Shown: positions 28,228 through 46,802, counted from the first letter of the stretch. The stretch is 64,000 nt of DNA from the human T2T-CHM13v2.0 reference genome, Homo sapiens (GCF_009914755.1 NC_060932.1), one strand, 5' to 3'. Numbers and translations: made by a program. The notes: generated by a model not told the origin, from the sequence alone.

Positions 28228-28660
28228 GAGATTAGAAACTGAGGAGTGGAGAGAAGCTATTATTTCTCCTTTCTCTCTTCCTTTCTCTTCATTTGCTTCT
28301 GGTAGCAACTGTGGAAGTGACTGTATTGCTTTGAGGATCCCTGCTTTGGTGGCAGCAGCCCTCTCTTTGTGGTTCAGCAGTGACCATATGATTCCCCATC
28401 TATAGGGTGAGCATCTGCTGATGGTCCTCCCCCATTCCCATATCCACTATGTGCCACAGTAGTGCATGGTACATGGCACACACAGAAATCAGTTTGTTTT
28501 GTATTCTGGAAAGCCCAATCCCTCGGTCTCACTCTCTAGCCATATTTTCTTTCTTTGCTAAATAACTCCTGAATCACTTCTTTTCCTTTACCCGCTTTCA
28601 TCTCTTCACTTCTTTTATAACAAGTTCCCTTTATTAAATTCTTTCTATTTGTTTTCCTAG
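28228..28660 (+). mobile_element. Degraded ERVL-type LTR (LTR33/LTR16-like)
   Basis: Ends with caagttccctttattaaattctttctatttgttttcct, resembling LTR33-group 3' ends. Heavily diverged. Confidence 0.3.
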
Positions 28661-29189
28661 TCATAGTTTGAAACAGAAATTAAAGAAGGTGGCTATTTAT
28701 GGGTAGAAAATAATTTTCTCATTTTTCTCACCAAAGATGTAGGAAGAAAAATACATATAAGAAATAAAATTAATAGATAAATACTTTACATTTAGTTACA
28801 GTTAACTGAGTACTACCTTACTGATGATAAAATCAGATCACGGTTTAAGTGTTATTTTTCTTGAGTAAAAAATATATTTCCACAAATGATATTCTATCTC
28901 CATTGAAACCGGATTTATATCTAGGTAGTCTTAAATGAATTCTAAATACTGTTTTACATCAGAACTCACTGTACTCTCTGAGCCATTAGATATGTCTTCT
29001 TGTTACCATGTATTACATTAAGAATTACATTGCCAAATATATATGATTCACTTAATTTAATTTTAGCTAATTAGGAACATGAAACTATCTTGAAAAGGAA
29101 ATTCAAGGATGCTTTTAAAATTAAATTATTTATGTTAATGTAATAATAGTTTGTCTGTTTTTATGTTAAATCAGCATAATTATTTTAAC

Positions 29190-29400
29190 TAATGAAATAA
29201 TGTTAAATGCTACCAGTTATTAAGTTTCTACTATGAATCAAACATTCAACATACATTATCTCATTATCTCCCATAACATATATGTCTATACATGACTTTA
29301 TTTATATTATTCCATTTTGAAAATGAAGAAAACAAAGGCCTATGAGAATATAAATTTCTCGTTAAAGGCCACATTGTCAGCAAACGGAAAAGTCAGAAAT
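29190..29400 (-). mobile_element. MIR fragment
   Basis: tacattatctcatt...tattccattttgaaaatgaagaaaacaaaggc...aaggccaca. Confidence 0.5.
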
Positions 29401-29926
29401 TAGGCCACTTTCTTTTTGCTGTTCTGCGAGGACTCTCAATTAGTTTTGCTAAATTTTTAATGAGTGTATCCAAATTATTCTGATGTAAGAAGTTAACGTG
29501 AATGCTTAAAATTAATCTATGGATCTGATAATTAGAAAATCACCTTGTTCTGAGTAGCTTCAGTGAGGTGACAAATCTAACTTATTGCTTATTAATAGAA
29601 ATAGGAAAAGAGGAACTATAGTAGCCCATATTGACTATCATTTTAAGCTATTTGACTGTGAAAAAAAATAAGTTACAGCGTGACTGACATTCACCTTAAT
29701 AAAGGACAATCCTAATTACAGACTTGCGGAAGGAGAAAATGAGGAACAGAATCATAACATCATAAATAGTAATGCGGAGTCATAGAAGCCAAGATTTCAA
29801 GAGTATCCTCACTAATGATTATGTAAAACATCATGTGGGTGTCATGTACTGAGTTAATGTTTTACACATTTAATCCACAAAACACTGTAAAAATAGCCAT
29901 GTTTTATATCCTTATTTTCCATAAAG

Positions 29927-30162
29927 TTTATTTTTATTTTCATTTTATTTTTAATGGGTACATAGCAGGTGCATATATTTATGGGGTACATGATGTATTT
30001 TGAAACAGGCATATAATAAGCCATAATCACATCATGGTAAATGGGACATTCATCACCCCAAGCATTTATCATTTCTTTCTGTTACAAACGTCCCAATTAT
30101 ACTCTTATAGTTATTTTTAAATGCACAATAAATTATTGTTGACTGTAATCACCCTGTCATGT
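29927..30162 (-). mobile_element. L1MA-type 3' UTR fragment, apparently inserted in a reverse MIR (~29850-30265)
   Basis: T-rich tail, then gggtacatagcaggtgcatatatttatggggtacatg...ccaattatactctt. MIR-like text resumes at aaaggttaagtggtttgctcaa. Confidence 0.7.
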
Positions 30163-30606
30163 AGAAAGGTTAAGTGGTTTGCTCAATCCTGTTTGTTTAG
30201 TGGAAGAACTATAATTCAAAAGAGGTTTTTTTTCTGACTCCAAAATTCATGTTCTTTCTACTAATTTAACACTATTGCCACCACAATTTACATATAATAT
30301 GAAGGTGAAGAAAAGACAGACATTTAGAATTAAGTATTAGAAGAACAAAATGTTTTCCCATCAAAGAACATTAACATAAAAAATAATACTGTTTTAAAAT
30401 ATTAGCTATCTAAAGGTAGAGCAGAAAGAATGATATAAAATAAAGTTAAAAATTTAGCAATAGGCCGATTTAGTGGATTGGAAAATATGTGAGTTTAAAA
30501 TAGAATAGTAGAAAACTAGGGCCAGCATGTTAGCTCACGCCTCTAATCCTCGCACTTTGCAAGGCCCAGGTGGGCGAATTGCCTAAGCTTAGGAGTTCAA
30601 GACCAG

Positions 30607-30642
30607 CCTGAGTTCTAGTGTGATTGCATTTTGGTCTCAGAT
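30607..30642 (-). mobile_element. ~35-bp inverted L1 ORF2 endonuclease-domain fragment
   Basis: cctgagttctagtgtgattgcattttggtctcaga matches the reverse complement of recalled L1PA tctcagaccacagtgcaatcaaactagaactcagg (SDHSAIKLEL) at 31 of 35 bases. Confidence 0.75.
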
Positions 30643-31199
30643 TGTGGCAATTCCTCAGATATCTAGAACTAGAAATACCATTTGACCCAGCCATCCCATT
30701 ACTGGGTATATACCCAAAGGATTATAAATCATGCTGCTATAAAGACACATGCACATGTATGTTTATTGCGGCACTATTCACAATAGCAAAGACCTGGAAC
30801 CTACCCAAATGTCCAACAATCATAGACTGGATTAAGAAAATGTGGCACATATACACCATGGAATATTATGCAGCCATAAAAAAGGATAAGTTCACGTCCT
30901 TTGTAGGGACATGGATGAAGGTGGAAACCATCATTCTCAGCAAACTATCGCAAGGACAAAAAACCAAACATTGCATGTTCTCACTCATAGGTGGGAAGTG
31001 AACAATGAGAACACATGGACACAGGAAGGGGGACATCACACACTGGGGCCTGTTGTGGGGTTGGGGGAGAGGGGAGGGATAACATTAGGAGATATACCTA
31101 ATGTAAATGACGAGTTAATGGGTGCAGCACACCAACATGGCACATGTATACATATGTAACAAACCTGCATATTGTGCACATGTACCCTAGAACTTAAAG

Positions 31200-31232
<33 letters not shown>
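30643..31232 (+). mobile_element. 5'-truncated L1PA4/5-like 3' end with a (TAA)n tail
   Basis: ORF2 end [18 protein letters not shown]...MFSLIGG, 3' UTR, and a (TAA)n tail to 31232. TSD agaccagcctg (30600-30610) / agaacagcctg (31233-31243). Confidence 0.92.
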
Positions 31233-31233
<1 letters not shown>

Positions 31234-34200
31234 GAACAGCCTGGGCAACATGGTGAAACCACATCTCTACTAAAATACAAAAAATTAACTGGTTGAGGTG
31301 GCACATGCCTGTAGTCCCAGCTACTCAGGAAGCTAACACACCAGGAGAGAATTGCTTGAACCCAGGAGGCAGAGGTTGCAGTGAGTCAAGACTGTGCCAC
31401 TGCACACCAGTCCAGGCAACACAGCGAGACTCTGTCTCAAAAAAAACCCAACCAAACAAACAAACAAAACAGAAAGAGAGCTTCTGAAACATCCAAATAA
31501 AATATTTGTTGAAAGTAAATGTGTGACCAGATTCTAGAAGGGATTTTCATGAGAAGAACAATAGAATTGACCCTAACAGGGCAATTAGTGTCCCATGAAT
31601 GTTATGTTATCAGATATAGAGAATACCAAAAAGTTGGCAGAGAGAAACTGTCTTTCCTCCTTCTGTTTCTTGGTTAGAAAACACACGATCTCTACACGTC
31701 AGAAAACCAGCCAACATTGTCTCTAATTCGTAGTTCCAAATAGTTGCCCCATCACGAAAACCATTTTTCTGCATTCTATCAAATATAAACTTCCAGAAAA
31801 CAACTAGATAAAAAATTTAGTGGCTTCAAGTTGCATCCTTGTAAACACAAGCGAAAAAATAAAGCATTTATAGAAGGTGGTAATGGGCAGATACAGGGTC
31901 ATGCTACTTTCTCATAAAGTTAAACACAACATTATTTATGTTTGTCCTTTCTTGTATGCTGTAAGAAAAGTATATCAATGCTTGATCAGAAAAAGCAAAA
32001 CATTTTGTTAAAATATTGTGTTATTTGTATATATTGAATTAAATTGTTTTATTAAGTTAATATATTAAACTAAAGAAAAGAATTTCCACGTAGCTATTAT
32101 GAAATTAGGTGCTAGAAATATAGATAAGATACTCTATTAGGTCTCAATACCTATCATAAAACTATAGTGTTTAAGTCAGTACAGTATTTGTTAAAGGGTA
32201 AACATACTAGAATCTGGTCGCACATTAACTGTCAATACATACTGTCAGTATTATGAATGAAAATATTTTACTTGGAATTTGATGGAAACTTTGGAATTTC
32301 ATGTTAGAAATTGTTCATAGAAAACATCAAAGTTAACCACGAGAACTGAAATATGAAAAATTTACCTAACAATTTGATGCAGTAGTAAATCAGATGGGAA
32401 CAATAAATTACTCCAATTAATCATACCAAGAAAACATTTAGTTTAATCTGGACTAATTAGTAATCTAAAAATGCTATTTTATTTAAACTAGTAGTCATTT
32501 CTGATCCACTCATTAGGCAAATATTACAGAATATTTATATCATAATAGTATTATGTTAAGTATCAGACATACAAAGACAAATATAGCTGCTCCTAACCAA
32601 AAAGATTCATAGTCTATTCAGCCTATTCAACACCAAGAGCTGGTCATATTAATTAGTTATATATTTACTTTTTGTATATTTTTTGATAAAGAAACACATT
32701 TTAATTTCAAACAACTATAGACGTTTTACCATGATGGAAATTCAAAGTCATTGTTTTATGTAACATGCACCTGACTGACACATTTAGTTATTCCGAAATC
32801 TTGTAGAAAAATATCAAATTTCTGCTTTTATTAAAACACAAATTTAGATGTGATTAAGCAGAAGAGACAATATGTAGCAAATTAAAATTTGTTGATACAC
32901 AGTAAAGCTGGATATATTTAATCAACAGGCTTTGATACAACACACAGTAAGTACAATATTAGCTGTGTGAACTTGCACAATGTCAAATAATAGAGAATAG
33001 TAAGAGCAATTAGAAGGTATAAAAATAAGGTTAATACTATAATTAAAATTTAATTTTTAAATTGGATGTGGAAAATATGATAGGAATATAGTTAGGTTGG
33101 TGTTGAAAAATAAAAATGAAGATTTTATGTGAAAAATTTTCCCCCATGATTTTTATTTATTCTGGATATTAATCCTGCTAGGTCTCTCTCAAAACATATT
33201 TTGAAAATACTTATGTATTTTAACCTAAATAAGGTTTTTTTTCTAAAATAACAAGACATTGATATGATAATAGTGGGATTCATTTTATAACATTAGCACT
33301 TCAACTGTAAATTGATATAATCATTTTCAACATTTTATTTTCATTATTGACCTCAAAATTAAGAAGCAAATTAATTTGTTAAATCTGTTTCATAATAAAA
33401 TATTCCTTTTAAACTTAAAATCAGCAAGTATTTTATTGAGCATCAATTATGAATTAATCAAGAGGATAGTAGGTACTCATCATTTAATGTAATATCTTGC
33501 TTATTTTAATATTCTCTTATCATCCAAAGACAAGAGAAGAAAACCTCAAAATAACAGAGGAAGGTTTGTTTGTAGTAGCTTCTTTTTGGAAGGTGGGAAG
33601 CTGATGGAGGAGAGCTTGGAGAGACTAGTTACATGTTTGGTAAAATCCGAAGGACATAGCAGAGATGAAAAACTCACAAAGCAGAGTTCAAGGTCTGGCT
33701 AGAGATGAGGGTCACAGAAAGGATAGCAAACAGTAGAGACTGAGGAACAGGAAGGTAAGAAGGAGCGAGATCCCTAGAGCAGCGATCTGCACACAATGCC
33801 TATATCAAAACATTGTGTCCATGGATTGTTCATATTTGTTGAAGGAAGATAGGAGTAAAAAATATTTCACTGAATATTTTCTTATTGAATACATATTAAT
33901 TTTTATACTGTAGTCTAACAGAGACAGAAAAATGTATTTCTTCTGGTAAAGAACTCACATGTCCCTCTGGCTCACAAGTGCATTGAGCCAATCAGTGCTG
34001 CTATAAATATTAGCCAAAAGCATGCTCAACAATACTTTTTAGAAAGATTTGTCTGTATGATAAAGGATAAATACATAATAACCAATTTGGTTTCAATTGA
34101 CTATCTCAGAGATTACTCATGGGTTTGTTCTGCATTCTTAGTAATATCTTATTTTTAATGTAGAATATTTAATAATTTGTAAATAAGATAGTGTTAATTC

Positions 34201-34496
34201 TAGAATTATTTTCCTTTCCTTTTTTTGCTGCTCATGCTTATTTGAAAAATATGTGTAGAATAGCTATTTGTGTTATATTGCTATAATAAAAGCATAAAAT
34301 ATGTTGCCCTGCCTAAGTAGTCAATGGGGGTTGAGGAAACAGATTCCATGGTCTAGAAATCAGATTGAATTCAGTTAGTAACACAATATATTTTTTGTTT
34401 GCAATAACTTTGAAGGCATATCAAAAGCATATTGAGCCTTTAATTGGAGAGAAAGTGGCTAGAAAAACCAGAATGTTAGTGGATGTGGTAAATAAT

Positions 34497-35765
<1,269 letters not shown>

Positions 35766-35814
35766 GGCACGATATTTATTATACAAGTGTGACAAATGCA
35801 TACAATTGAGTTAA

Positions 35815-36230
35815 AATGAGTGAAAATGAACTACAGCAATATGCCACAGCATGGATAACTCTTAGAAACATAAGGTTGAGCCAAAAAAAGCATGTCCCAG
35901 AAAACTAAATGGGATGATATATATTTTATAAATCTTACAAATTAACATAATTAAACGTGATGTTGCTTAGGGATGTTCATGTATGATTCATACATGTTCA
36001 TGTATGATTAAAGTATAATTTCGAAAAAAGTTAAAAATGACCACAACATGGAGGTGCTTGTTACTGGTAGGGTGAAGTCAGAGCAAGGAGAGGATGGGAT
36101 ACAAATGAAACAAAATGTGAGCAGCATCCTTGTTTAGTGGTAGGCTTATTGGTGCTGATTTTAATAAAGCACTTCACAATGTGTATGTTACAGACTTATA
36201 TATTATTATGAATAAATTGTATTCTTAAAA
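35815..36230 (+). mobile_element. L1ME/MC-type 3' fragment
   Basis: aatgaactacagcaatatgccacagcatggataactcttagaaacataaggttgagccaaaaaaagc. Confidence 0.55.
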
Positions 36231-37131
36231 TATAGTAATAGAGAATATAGAAAATTTATATGGCAAGATAAATGGATGCAATAAAGAGTTAACGCTAGTA
36301 TTCTAATAAATATATTATGGCAATGAACTGTTTTATATATTTTCATTTTTTTAAATAATCACATCTCACTCAGATATAATTTGACTGTTATAGTTAGAAA
36401 ACATAACCTTAAAATGAATGAAATGAGGTTGCTGATTAGTTTATGTTTTTTTTTAATTACCACAAAAATGTAGGCAGTGGCTGTGGCAAGGGTCTATATT
36501 CTATACATTTTAGTTCTTCTATCTGTCCTGCTATATATATGTGACACTTGTGATTTTTTTCTCTAAAAATACCATTTAAAAATACAACTGAAAAGCCTTT
36601 AGTATTTCTGAAAACAAACTGGGTGACTGTAAACTTAATTATATATATTTTTATGTTGATAAATTTAATTATTTTTCTGTATGGGTTCAGTATCTTTTAA
36701 ATAACTTTATAACATCAAACTTGAACATCTATGAAGGAAAAGTCCCCTTTTTACATGATTATTTGATGGCACAATATCCTTCAGATGTATGTCACGTTTT
36801 AACAGAAAATAGGTCATATACATGAGATTTTTAAGTGGACCCTGATATAAATGTGACCACTTTTCTTATACCCTTTAACCTTTGTGACATTTTAATTTAT
36901 ATTTAGTAAAATGACTCAATGAAATAATTCAATAAATTTATCTGATTTTATGGTTGCCTGGCTTAAGTCTTCTTATTCATCACTCCAAAAATGCTATAGT
37001 TGAAAAATGCAAATAAATACAATTAATGAGCTGTGCTCGAACCTATTTATGTTCACACTTCAGTCTCTTGAAATCCTGTTTTTGATCTTGAAACAGATAT
37101 CAATACTTTTGAGATTTTATTTTCTCACCTG

Positions 37132-37260
37132 TATATATAATATAATATAATATAATATATATTATATAAAATATATATAATATATAATTATAATATATAA
37201 TATAATATAATATTATATATATTATATATATAATAATATAATATAATAATAAAAAATATT
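37132..37260. repeat. Pure A/T low-complexity tract (TATAA/TAATA units), within a MIR-like sequence
   Basis: About 130 bp without G or C, preceded by the MIR-like ttttctcacctgta. Confidence 0.85.
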
Positions 37261-37566
37261 AGGAAGAATATCTGAAATGATGTTATCAGAATTGTATATG
37301 AATAGCCTGACAGAGTATGTATTCAGAGAATGTTAGTTTTTAACAGATACAGAGTATATGTACCTTCCTTCAGAATATCAAATATTAACACAACTAAATG
37401 AATTTGAAGAGTTAATCTAAAATGTCTTATCTAAACATTTTATTTACGAGCTCATATTAATTATGTAAAAATTTTGTTACTAAAAACATTTACATTTATG
37501 AGAACATTAATATGCTTTCTGTAAGATTATCAAATGGTCACTTCGATTATGCCATTTTACTGATGA

Positions 37567-39840
<2,274 letters not shown>

Positions 39841-40237
39841 AGAAAATGTGGCACATATACACCATGGAATACTATGCAGCCATAAAAAATGATGAGTTCA
39901 TGTCCTTTGTAGGGACATGGATGAAATTGGAAATCATCATTCTCAGTAAACTATCGCAAGAACAAAAAACCAGACACCGCATATTCTCACTCATAGGTGG
40001 GAACTGAACAGTGAGAACACATGGACACAGGAAGGGGAACATCATACTCTGGGGACTGTTGTGGGGTTGGGGGAGGGGGGAGGGATAGCATTGGGAGATA
40101 TACCTAATGATAGATGATGAGTTAGTGGGTGCAGCGCACCAGCGTGGCACATGTATACATATGTAACTAATCTGCACATTGTACACATGTACCCTAAAAC
40201 TTAAAGTATAATAATAATAAATAAATTTTAAAAAAAA
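39841..40237 (+). mobile_element. Second, shorter L1 3' end (L1PA3-like) directly after the first poly-A
   Basis: agaaaatgtggcacatatacacc...ccctaaaacttaaagtataat plus an A-rich tail. It has older-type states gaaatcatc, gagaacacatgg, ggaacatca, actgttgtgggg and gcacattgt. Confidence 0.9.
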
Positions 40238-42269
40238 GAGAAAATGAATGTTTATGGAGCGTGAGTTTCACTTTACTAAATATTTTATTAAATATTTTTA
40301 GTCAATTACAACATCATGTGTAGTTTGCTTTTAGGATATCAGTGCTGTTTTACTGAAAGCAGGCTAATGGAAGTAAACCTTTCCACAGATTTACTACAAA
40401 AGATTGAATAAATATAATCTAAGGAACAAAGTGTTTAAACTTGCTTATTGTCATCTTTTGTTTGATCTTTTAACCCCAGTTTTAATGGTTTAATTTAGTC
40501 TATTTCTTCACTAAAAGCCACCTCATTTCTTTTTGGCAAAATGCCTGGTATAAACAATAAATAGTTGTGTATACTCTGGAATCCTTGCCTTAGTCAGATT
40601 TGAAAGAGCCTTTTATGTTGACCAAAAGTTTTAGAAATCCTATCTGTCCTTGAGATCTATGCAATCATTAATTTGAATGCTCCAAAGTAAGTAATGATAA
40701 CTAAAGAGAATAATCATTAACTGCCTAAGATGCATCAAAATTTTAATTGGCTTTTTTTCTAATTCACTTGCATGCCCAATGCCCAATGGCAATGCAGTAA
40801 GTCTTTTGTAAATTAAAGTATTAGGTAGGGGGATACTAAACACAATATAATGGTATTTTCAAGTTTGTATATAGAAAAATGCATTTCTACACTCAGCTTC
40901 TGTTTCCTGGGGTATGTGTTTTATACAAGGCTATGACTGAGGTCATAGTTGAACCAACAGTAAGCAAAGTTCACTTTGTCACTTGGTGTGTCTCATTAAT
41001 ATTATAGATAAATAACAAAACTCTAGTATTGCTTTTCTTATTTATTGAGAAATAATAAATAATAACTATTATTATAGTTGTTAATATCACATATGTCATT
41101 TCAGCACACAGCTATACACGCAATCACTCTATGCCATTGAGTCAGACAGTAGAGCCTCTGCGTTTCCCAGATGTTTTATTATATAAGAGAGAGAATCAGT
41201 ACACAAGGGTTGGTTCCAACTCTGAAGGGAGAAATCTTTATCGTCAGCTAATTGGATTGAGTTATATCACTCTCAATGTAATCTTTAGGAAAACTTGGAG
41301 ATAGAGACATGCGAGACAATGTCATCAGGTAGAGTTAAATCACTGGAGTGCACTGACATAAAATAAAACTACCCTCTGGTCATTTGTTTCTATGACCTAA
41401 GGCATTTAGATATTTTTGGATAATTTTCATGGAAAGTCATTCTCTACCTCAACATTATGCCTACAGGAAAGGAAACAGATTATTGCATGGCATTAAAAGA
41501 GGCATCAAGTATAGTGAGGAAAGATTTTAATTGTGAGTATTAGGAAGTTCTATGGGACATTGAGGGAGCAAAGGAGAGAAGAAATACTAACCATGTAAGA
41601 AAATAAGTGTAGTGGCTGCTCAAAAACATTTATGGGGATGCTGCCAACATTTTCTGAAGGAGAAAAGGTCTACTTGTTATATGTTAATTATAAAGAACCA
41701 AAAAGAAATGGTCTAACAATTACACAAGTGGGAATTCAAGCTACAGATGGTTTATTCACTCTAATTTCTGTTCCTTAATTATGTCCATTAGGCTTTTGAA
41801 TTCTATGGTTATGACAACAATCCATCAAGTTTGTATAATAAATATGAATTGTGACAGAATGTTACATATTTTAAATCCCTCAACGTATCAAGAAAAAAAA
41901 ATACTGGGTAAAGAATTGATATTTAATAAAGGAATATATAAAGTTCAGATAATTTAGCCATGGTAATGAAATATATTCTAGAATAATGACCAAGAAGGTA
42001 TAAAAATATTATATATAGTCACAAAGTAAAAATCCAAAGAGGGAGAAGAGTAATATTACTGTAGAAATACAGATAAAAAATAAGGCCTAGCCTTTTCTGG
42101 AAAAAACTTAGTTTATCAAGTAATACTTTTAAGAATGTACTTGAAACATGCTTTATTATAATTGTGTCCAGAGGCAGCCAGCTAGGACACATAATTTATT
42201 AAGTTGTTATTTCTAGGATTCCTTAAAATGTACACCTTAATTCTTCTTCACTTTAATGCTTAAATAGAA

Positions 42270-42880
42270 CAAAATGAACTTAGACTCCTTCACATCTTCA
42301 AGAAGAATCACAGATCTAAATATAAAGCTAACACTCTAAACCTTCAGAAGAAAATACAGGATATCTTTCCATCTTTGGATAAGCAAATATTTATTGTACT
42401 ACAAGAAAGCACTAACAAAATATAATATTAATAATTTGGACTTTGTTAAAATTAGAAACCTTAACTCATGCAAAGATAATGTAAGAAAATGAAAGAGCAA
42501 GTAACAGATTGGAAGAAAATAATTGCAATGCATGTATTTGTCAAATAAATGCTATAAAGATTGCAAAGATCCTTATAATTTGATACATCAAGACTAAGCA
42601 AACAACCCAATTAAAAAAATAGACAAAATATTTGAACAAACTCTTCATAAATAAATGGTTGATAAGCACATGCTCAATATTATTAGGCATCACAAAAGTG
42701 CAAAATAATACCACAATAAATGCTGACAACCTCAAATGTCAACAAAGGTGTGGAGCATTTAGAATTCTCATACAGTGATGGTGAAGTACAAAATGCGTAC
42801 ACAGCTTAGAAAAGCTATTTGGCAGTTTTTTCTTATGATATTAAATCTATATCTACCTAATAACCAAACATTTTGACTCA
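42270..42880 (+). mobile_element. Old L1M (MC/MD/ME) ORF2 3' fragment
   Basis: cacagatctaaatataaagc..cagaagaaaatacagga..aatgaaagagcaagtaacagattggaagaaaataattgcaatgcatgtatttgtcaaa. Confidence 0.6.
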
Positions 42881-43138
42881 TCTCATTTCACAGAATGAGA
42901 GCTTTAAAAAGTTCATTTTACCCATGGCTATAGAGTGTTTCTCTATTTTACAACTTTATGTGTTTTTGCAATAGACTGCAATTTTTTTAATTCTAAGTTC
43001 TGTTTCATACTTGGGGAATTTATTCTCAACATATTACAAAATTTTGCTATTATTTGCAATATAATATATTTTGTGATTTTTCTTAATGATGATTGATGAG
43101 ATATTGACATGTAGCAACACATTAATTTTTCTTTTTAG

Positions 43139-43479
<341 letters not shown>

Positions 43480-43812
43480 CATTTAAGCTTTCTTATGTAT
43501 ACAGTCATAAAATCTGTAATGAATTATAATTTGGTATATTGTTCAATATTTAGAACTCATATTTCTGTATCTGTATCGTTCTATTTTGATAATTAATTCT
43601 TTTTAATGATGTGATAGCTTATACTTCCTTTGTCTTTTATTTTAATGGCATAGAAGTTATAATTATTGTTTTCAACCCCGTATAAGTGAACTTTACCACC
43701 TGTAGACCCTCTTTAAGGAGAAGTTAAAGAGAGCCACAAAGTTTATATATGCATCTGGATGTTATTTAGTTTAAGAAATTAAGAGATAGTCTTTTATCAA
43801 CCAACATATTAA

Positions 43813-44410
<598 letters not shown>

Positions 44411-44694
44411 TCTGCCTCCGCCTTAAGATTTTGTGTTATGTTAACACTTACACTTACATTTGATTTTATCTTTACCTATCCATTTGTTTTTAACATTTCT
44501 AATCCATGGACATTTATATAACTCAGGAAAGTGAAGTTTATGTTGCAGTCATTACTACACCATGACTATGACCTTGTGATAATTACTCCCTGTTTTTAAA
44601 TCACAACTTTGGAAACAATTTATTTAGAAATAATATTTATTTATTTACCTATCAAAATATCCAAAAAATAAGCTTTGGATATTGTAATAGATTT

Positions 44695-44975
44695 TGTCAG
44701 TTGCCTGGCCCTCAGTCTTCTCCATGCTGTTTTCCACAACTGAGGTTGAAAATGAAAGCTGTTTTTCTAGAATACTGTTGACCAAGGGATGGTGATGTCA
44801 GGCTGTTCTGGCCAATGATATAGGAGAAGAATCCTTCTAAGGACTTTTGGGAAAGCTTTTGATTTACTGATGAACTGTATAATAACAAACTTCTTGTTAT
44901 ATAAGAAAAATAAATTTTTTGTTTAAGCTACAGTAAGTCAGGATTTCTGTTACAGCCAAACATCCAAAGTGATAG
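44695..44975 (+). mobile_element. LTR16-like ERVL LTR, internally deleted
   Basis: ttctggccaatga..tgggaaagcttttg..aataaa..tttaagctacagtaagtcaggatttctgttacagccaaaca. Confidence 0.5.
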
Positions 44976-45169
44976 GCCATATCAAAGTAGCAATGAGGAG
45001 ACCAGAGTAACATGTCAGGAGTCACACTAAATAAAAGTTTTTGTACTCAAGTCTTTTAAAAAATAACTATACTACTACGTTGGTTATTTAGAAATAATCA
45101 TTCTCTTCCACTTTGAGAAAAGATTATCATTCCATAATATTTCATATGTATTAAGGTTGTACATGTTAA

Positions 45170-45860
45170 AAATTAGGAAAAGGAATTTAAAAATGAGAAT
45201 TTATAAAACATCTAGCTCTTGACTTTGTAACATTAAAAGAAATGAAATGAATCTTTAAATAAATGGATAATATATATCATATAAAAATTTTAAAATTCTT
45301 CACTTATTTGTGCAGAAAAAACAGCTAAGATTTAACAAGCAACCAAGAAGCTGAGAAATATTTTTGTCACAAAAAGGAAATATTTACATGTTTAAGAATA
45401 AATGAATTATGTAAATCATCAAGAAAAATATTGATACATAGACAAAAAATAAATTACAGGAGAAAACCAGCGTGGTTATCAAACAAGAGAATATGTTAAA
45501 TATCTATAAAAATCAGATATATGTAAATAATCAAATTAAGAATAAAAGATGTAAGTCTGGGAAGACTGAGAGGTAATGAAGTATAGTTTTCTAGTTGTAA
45601 TAATATTCATTGATATAAGATTCTGGAAAGCATATTAGTAATATAAAGAATATTATTTGCTTCTGACCTAGCCATCCTGTTTCTACCAAGAACCAATCTA
45701 AAATATAGAAAATATATATTCATAAGGATGCTAATACGTGAATTAATTATAAAAGAAAAAACAAAAATATAATAGAATGATAATTACATAAATTATATCC
45801 ACAGGATTAAATATTTGCATAAATTAATGCTTACATAAAATGATTAAATATACTTAACAA
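45170..45860 (+). mobile_element. Highly degraded L1ME fragment
   Basis: tttaacaagcaaccaagaagctgagaaatattttt..; ttctggaaagcatatt..cttctgacctagccatcctgtttcta. Confidence 0.45.
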
Positions 45861-46759
45861 ATTCAATAAATTAATGTTTACAAAGATTCTAATCACACAT
45901 TAGACATGTACATTATAATGTAGAGAGATTATTAAGGACATACAATATCATATATGGAATGATCCTGGGTGAATATATCTGTCTCTGCCTCATTAAATAA
46001 TAGGTGATTTTTTACTTGTTGGTATAAGTTTATTATTCGGAAAATATAATATTAATGTAAAATAAACAAGGCTTAGAATAACCTTTATGCTTCCAGCAAC
46101 GTTGCCTTAAATGCATCAGCACTTGTTCTAAGATAAAATTATGATTAAGAAAGAAATTATCTAACGGTGCTTTGCCAATATCAATTCTCTTTTAATAAAA
46201 AATAACTTACAGAAAAACAAGTAATATCATTAATCATTGGAGGCTTAGAGTACAGTTTTTAAAATATGAAATTCTGATTATGAATCCCAGTGTGTTTATT
46301 TATACAAGCAAGAATGACAAGACCCACAAACCATTTTTTTTCCTACATTATTGCAAGACAAGTGTAAGAAGCCATTTTTAAAAAATCTATTGGAGCTCAT
46401 GAAAAGTAAAAAAAATAAATATCAATTTCTGGAAGAAAGAGAACAGCAAACACACCATAAGGACATGCATTAAGTGAGAATATGATCCAATATGAGAGAA
46501 ACAAAACCCAAGAAAACAGTGAGTCAAACAGCCAGACGCAAATATGAATCAAACTCTGCCAGCAGCAGTTTCGACTTCTAATCAAACAGCAGATTTTGTA
46601 TATAAACACAGTCTGGAACGGGCTGTAGGTTACATACTAATTTTTTTCTTTCCAGTCTTGCTAACTAAAGTCAGCTATAACATTAGCTACAGTACTTCTT
46701 GAAGCACAAAAACCAATAAATGTGTTAAATGTTTACAGTGAGCAAAACATTAGACTCTA

Positions 46760-46802
46760 AAGACTATATTATAACATAGACTACATGTTAGAATATAGTC
46801 TT
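46760..46802. repeat. Inverted repeat, 18-bp arms with one mismatch and a 7-nt loop
   Basis: aagactatattataacat agactac atgttagaatatagtctt. Confidence 0.88.

Larger units (their letters stand above)
30520..31470 (+). mobile_element. Alu (old S/J type) split by an L1 insertion: pieces 30520-30610 and 31233-31470
   Basis: The left arm stops at ttcaagaccagcctg and resumes at agaacagcctgggcaacatggtgaaacc. Confidence 0.9.
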
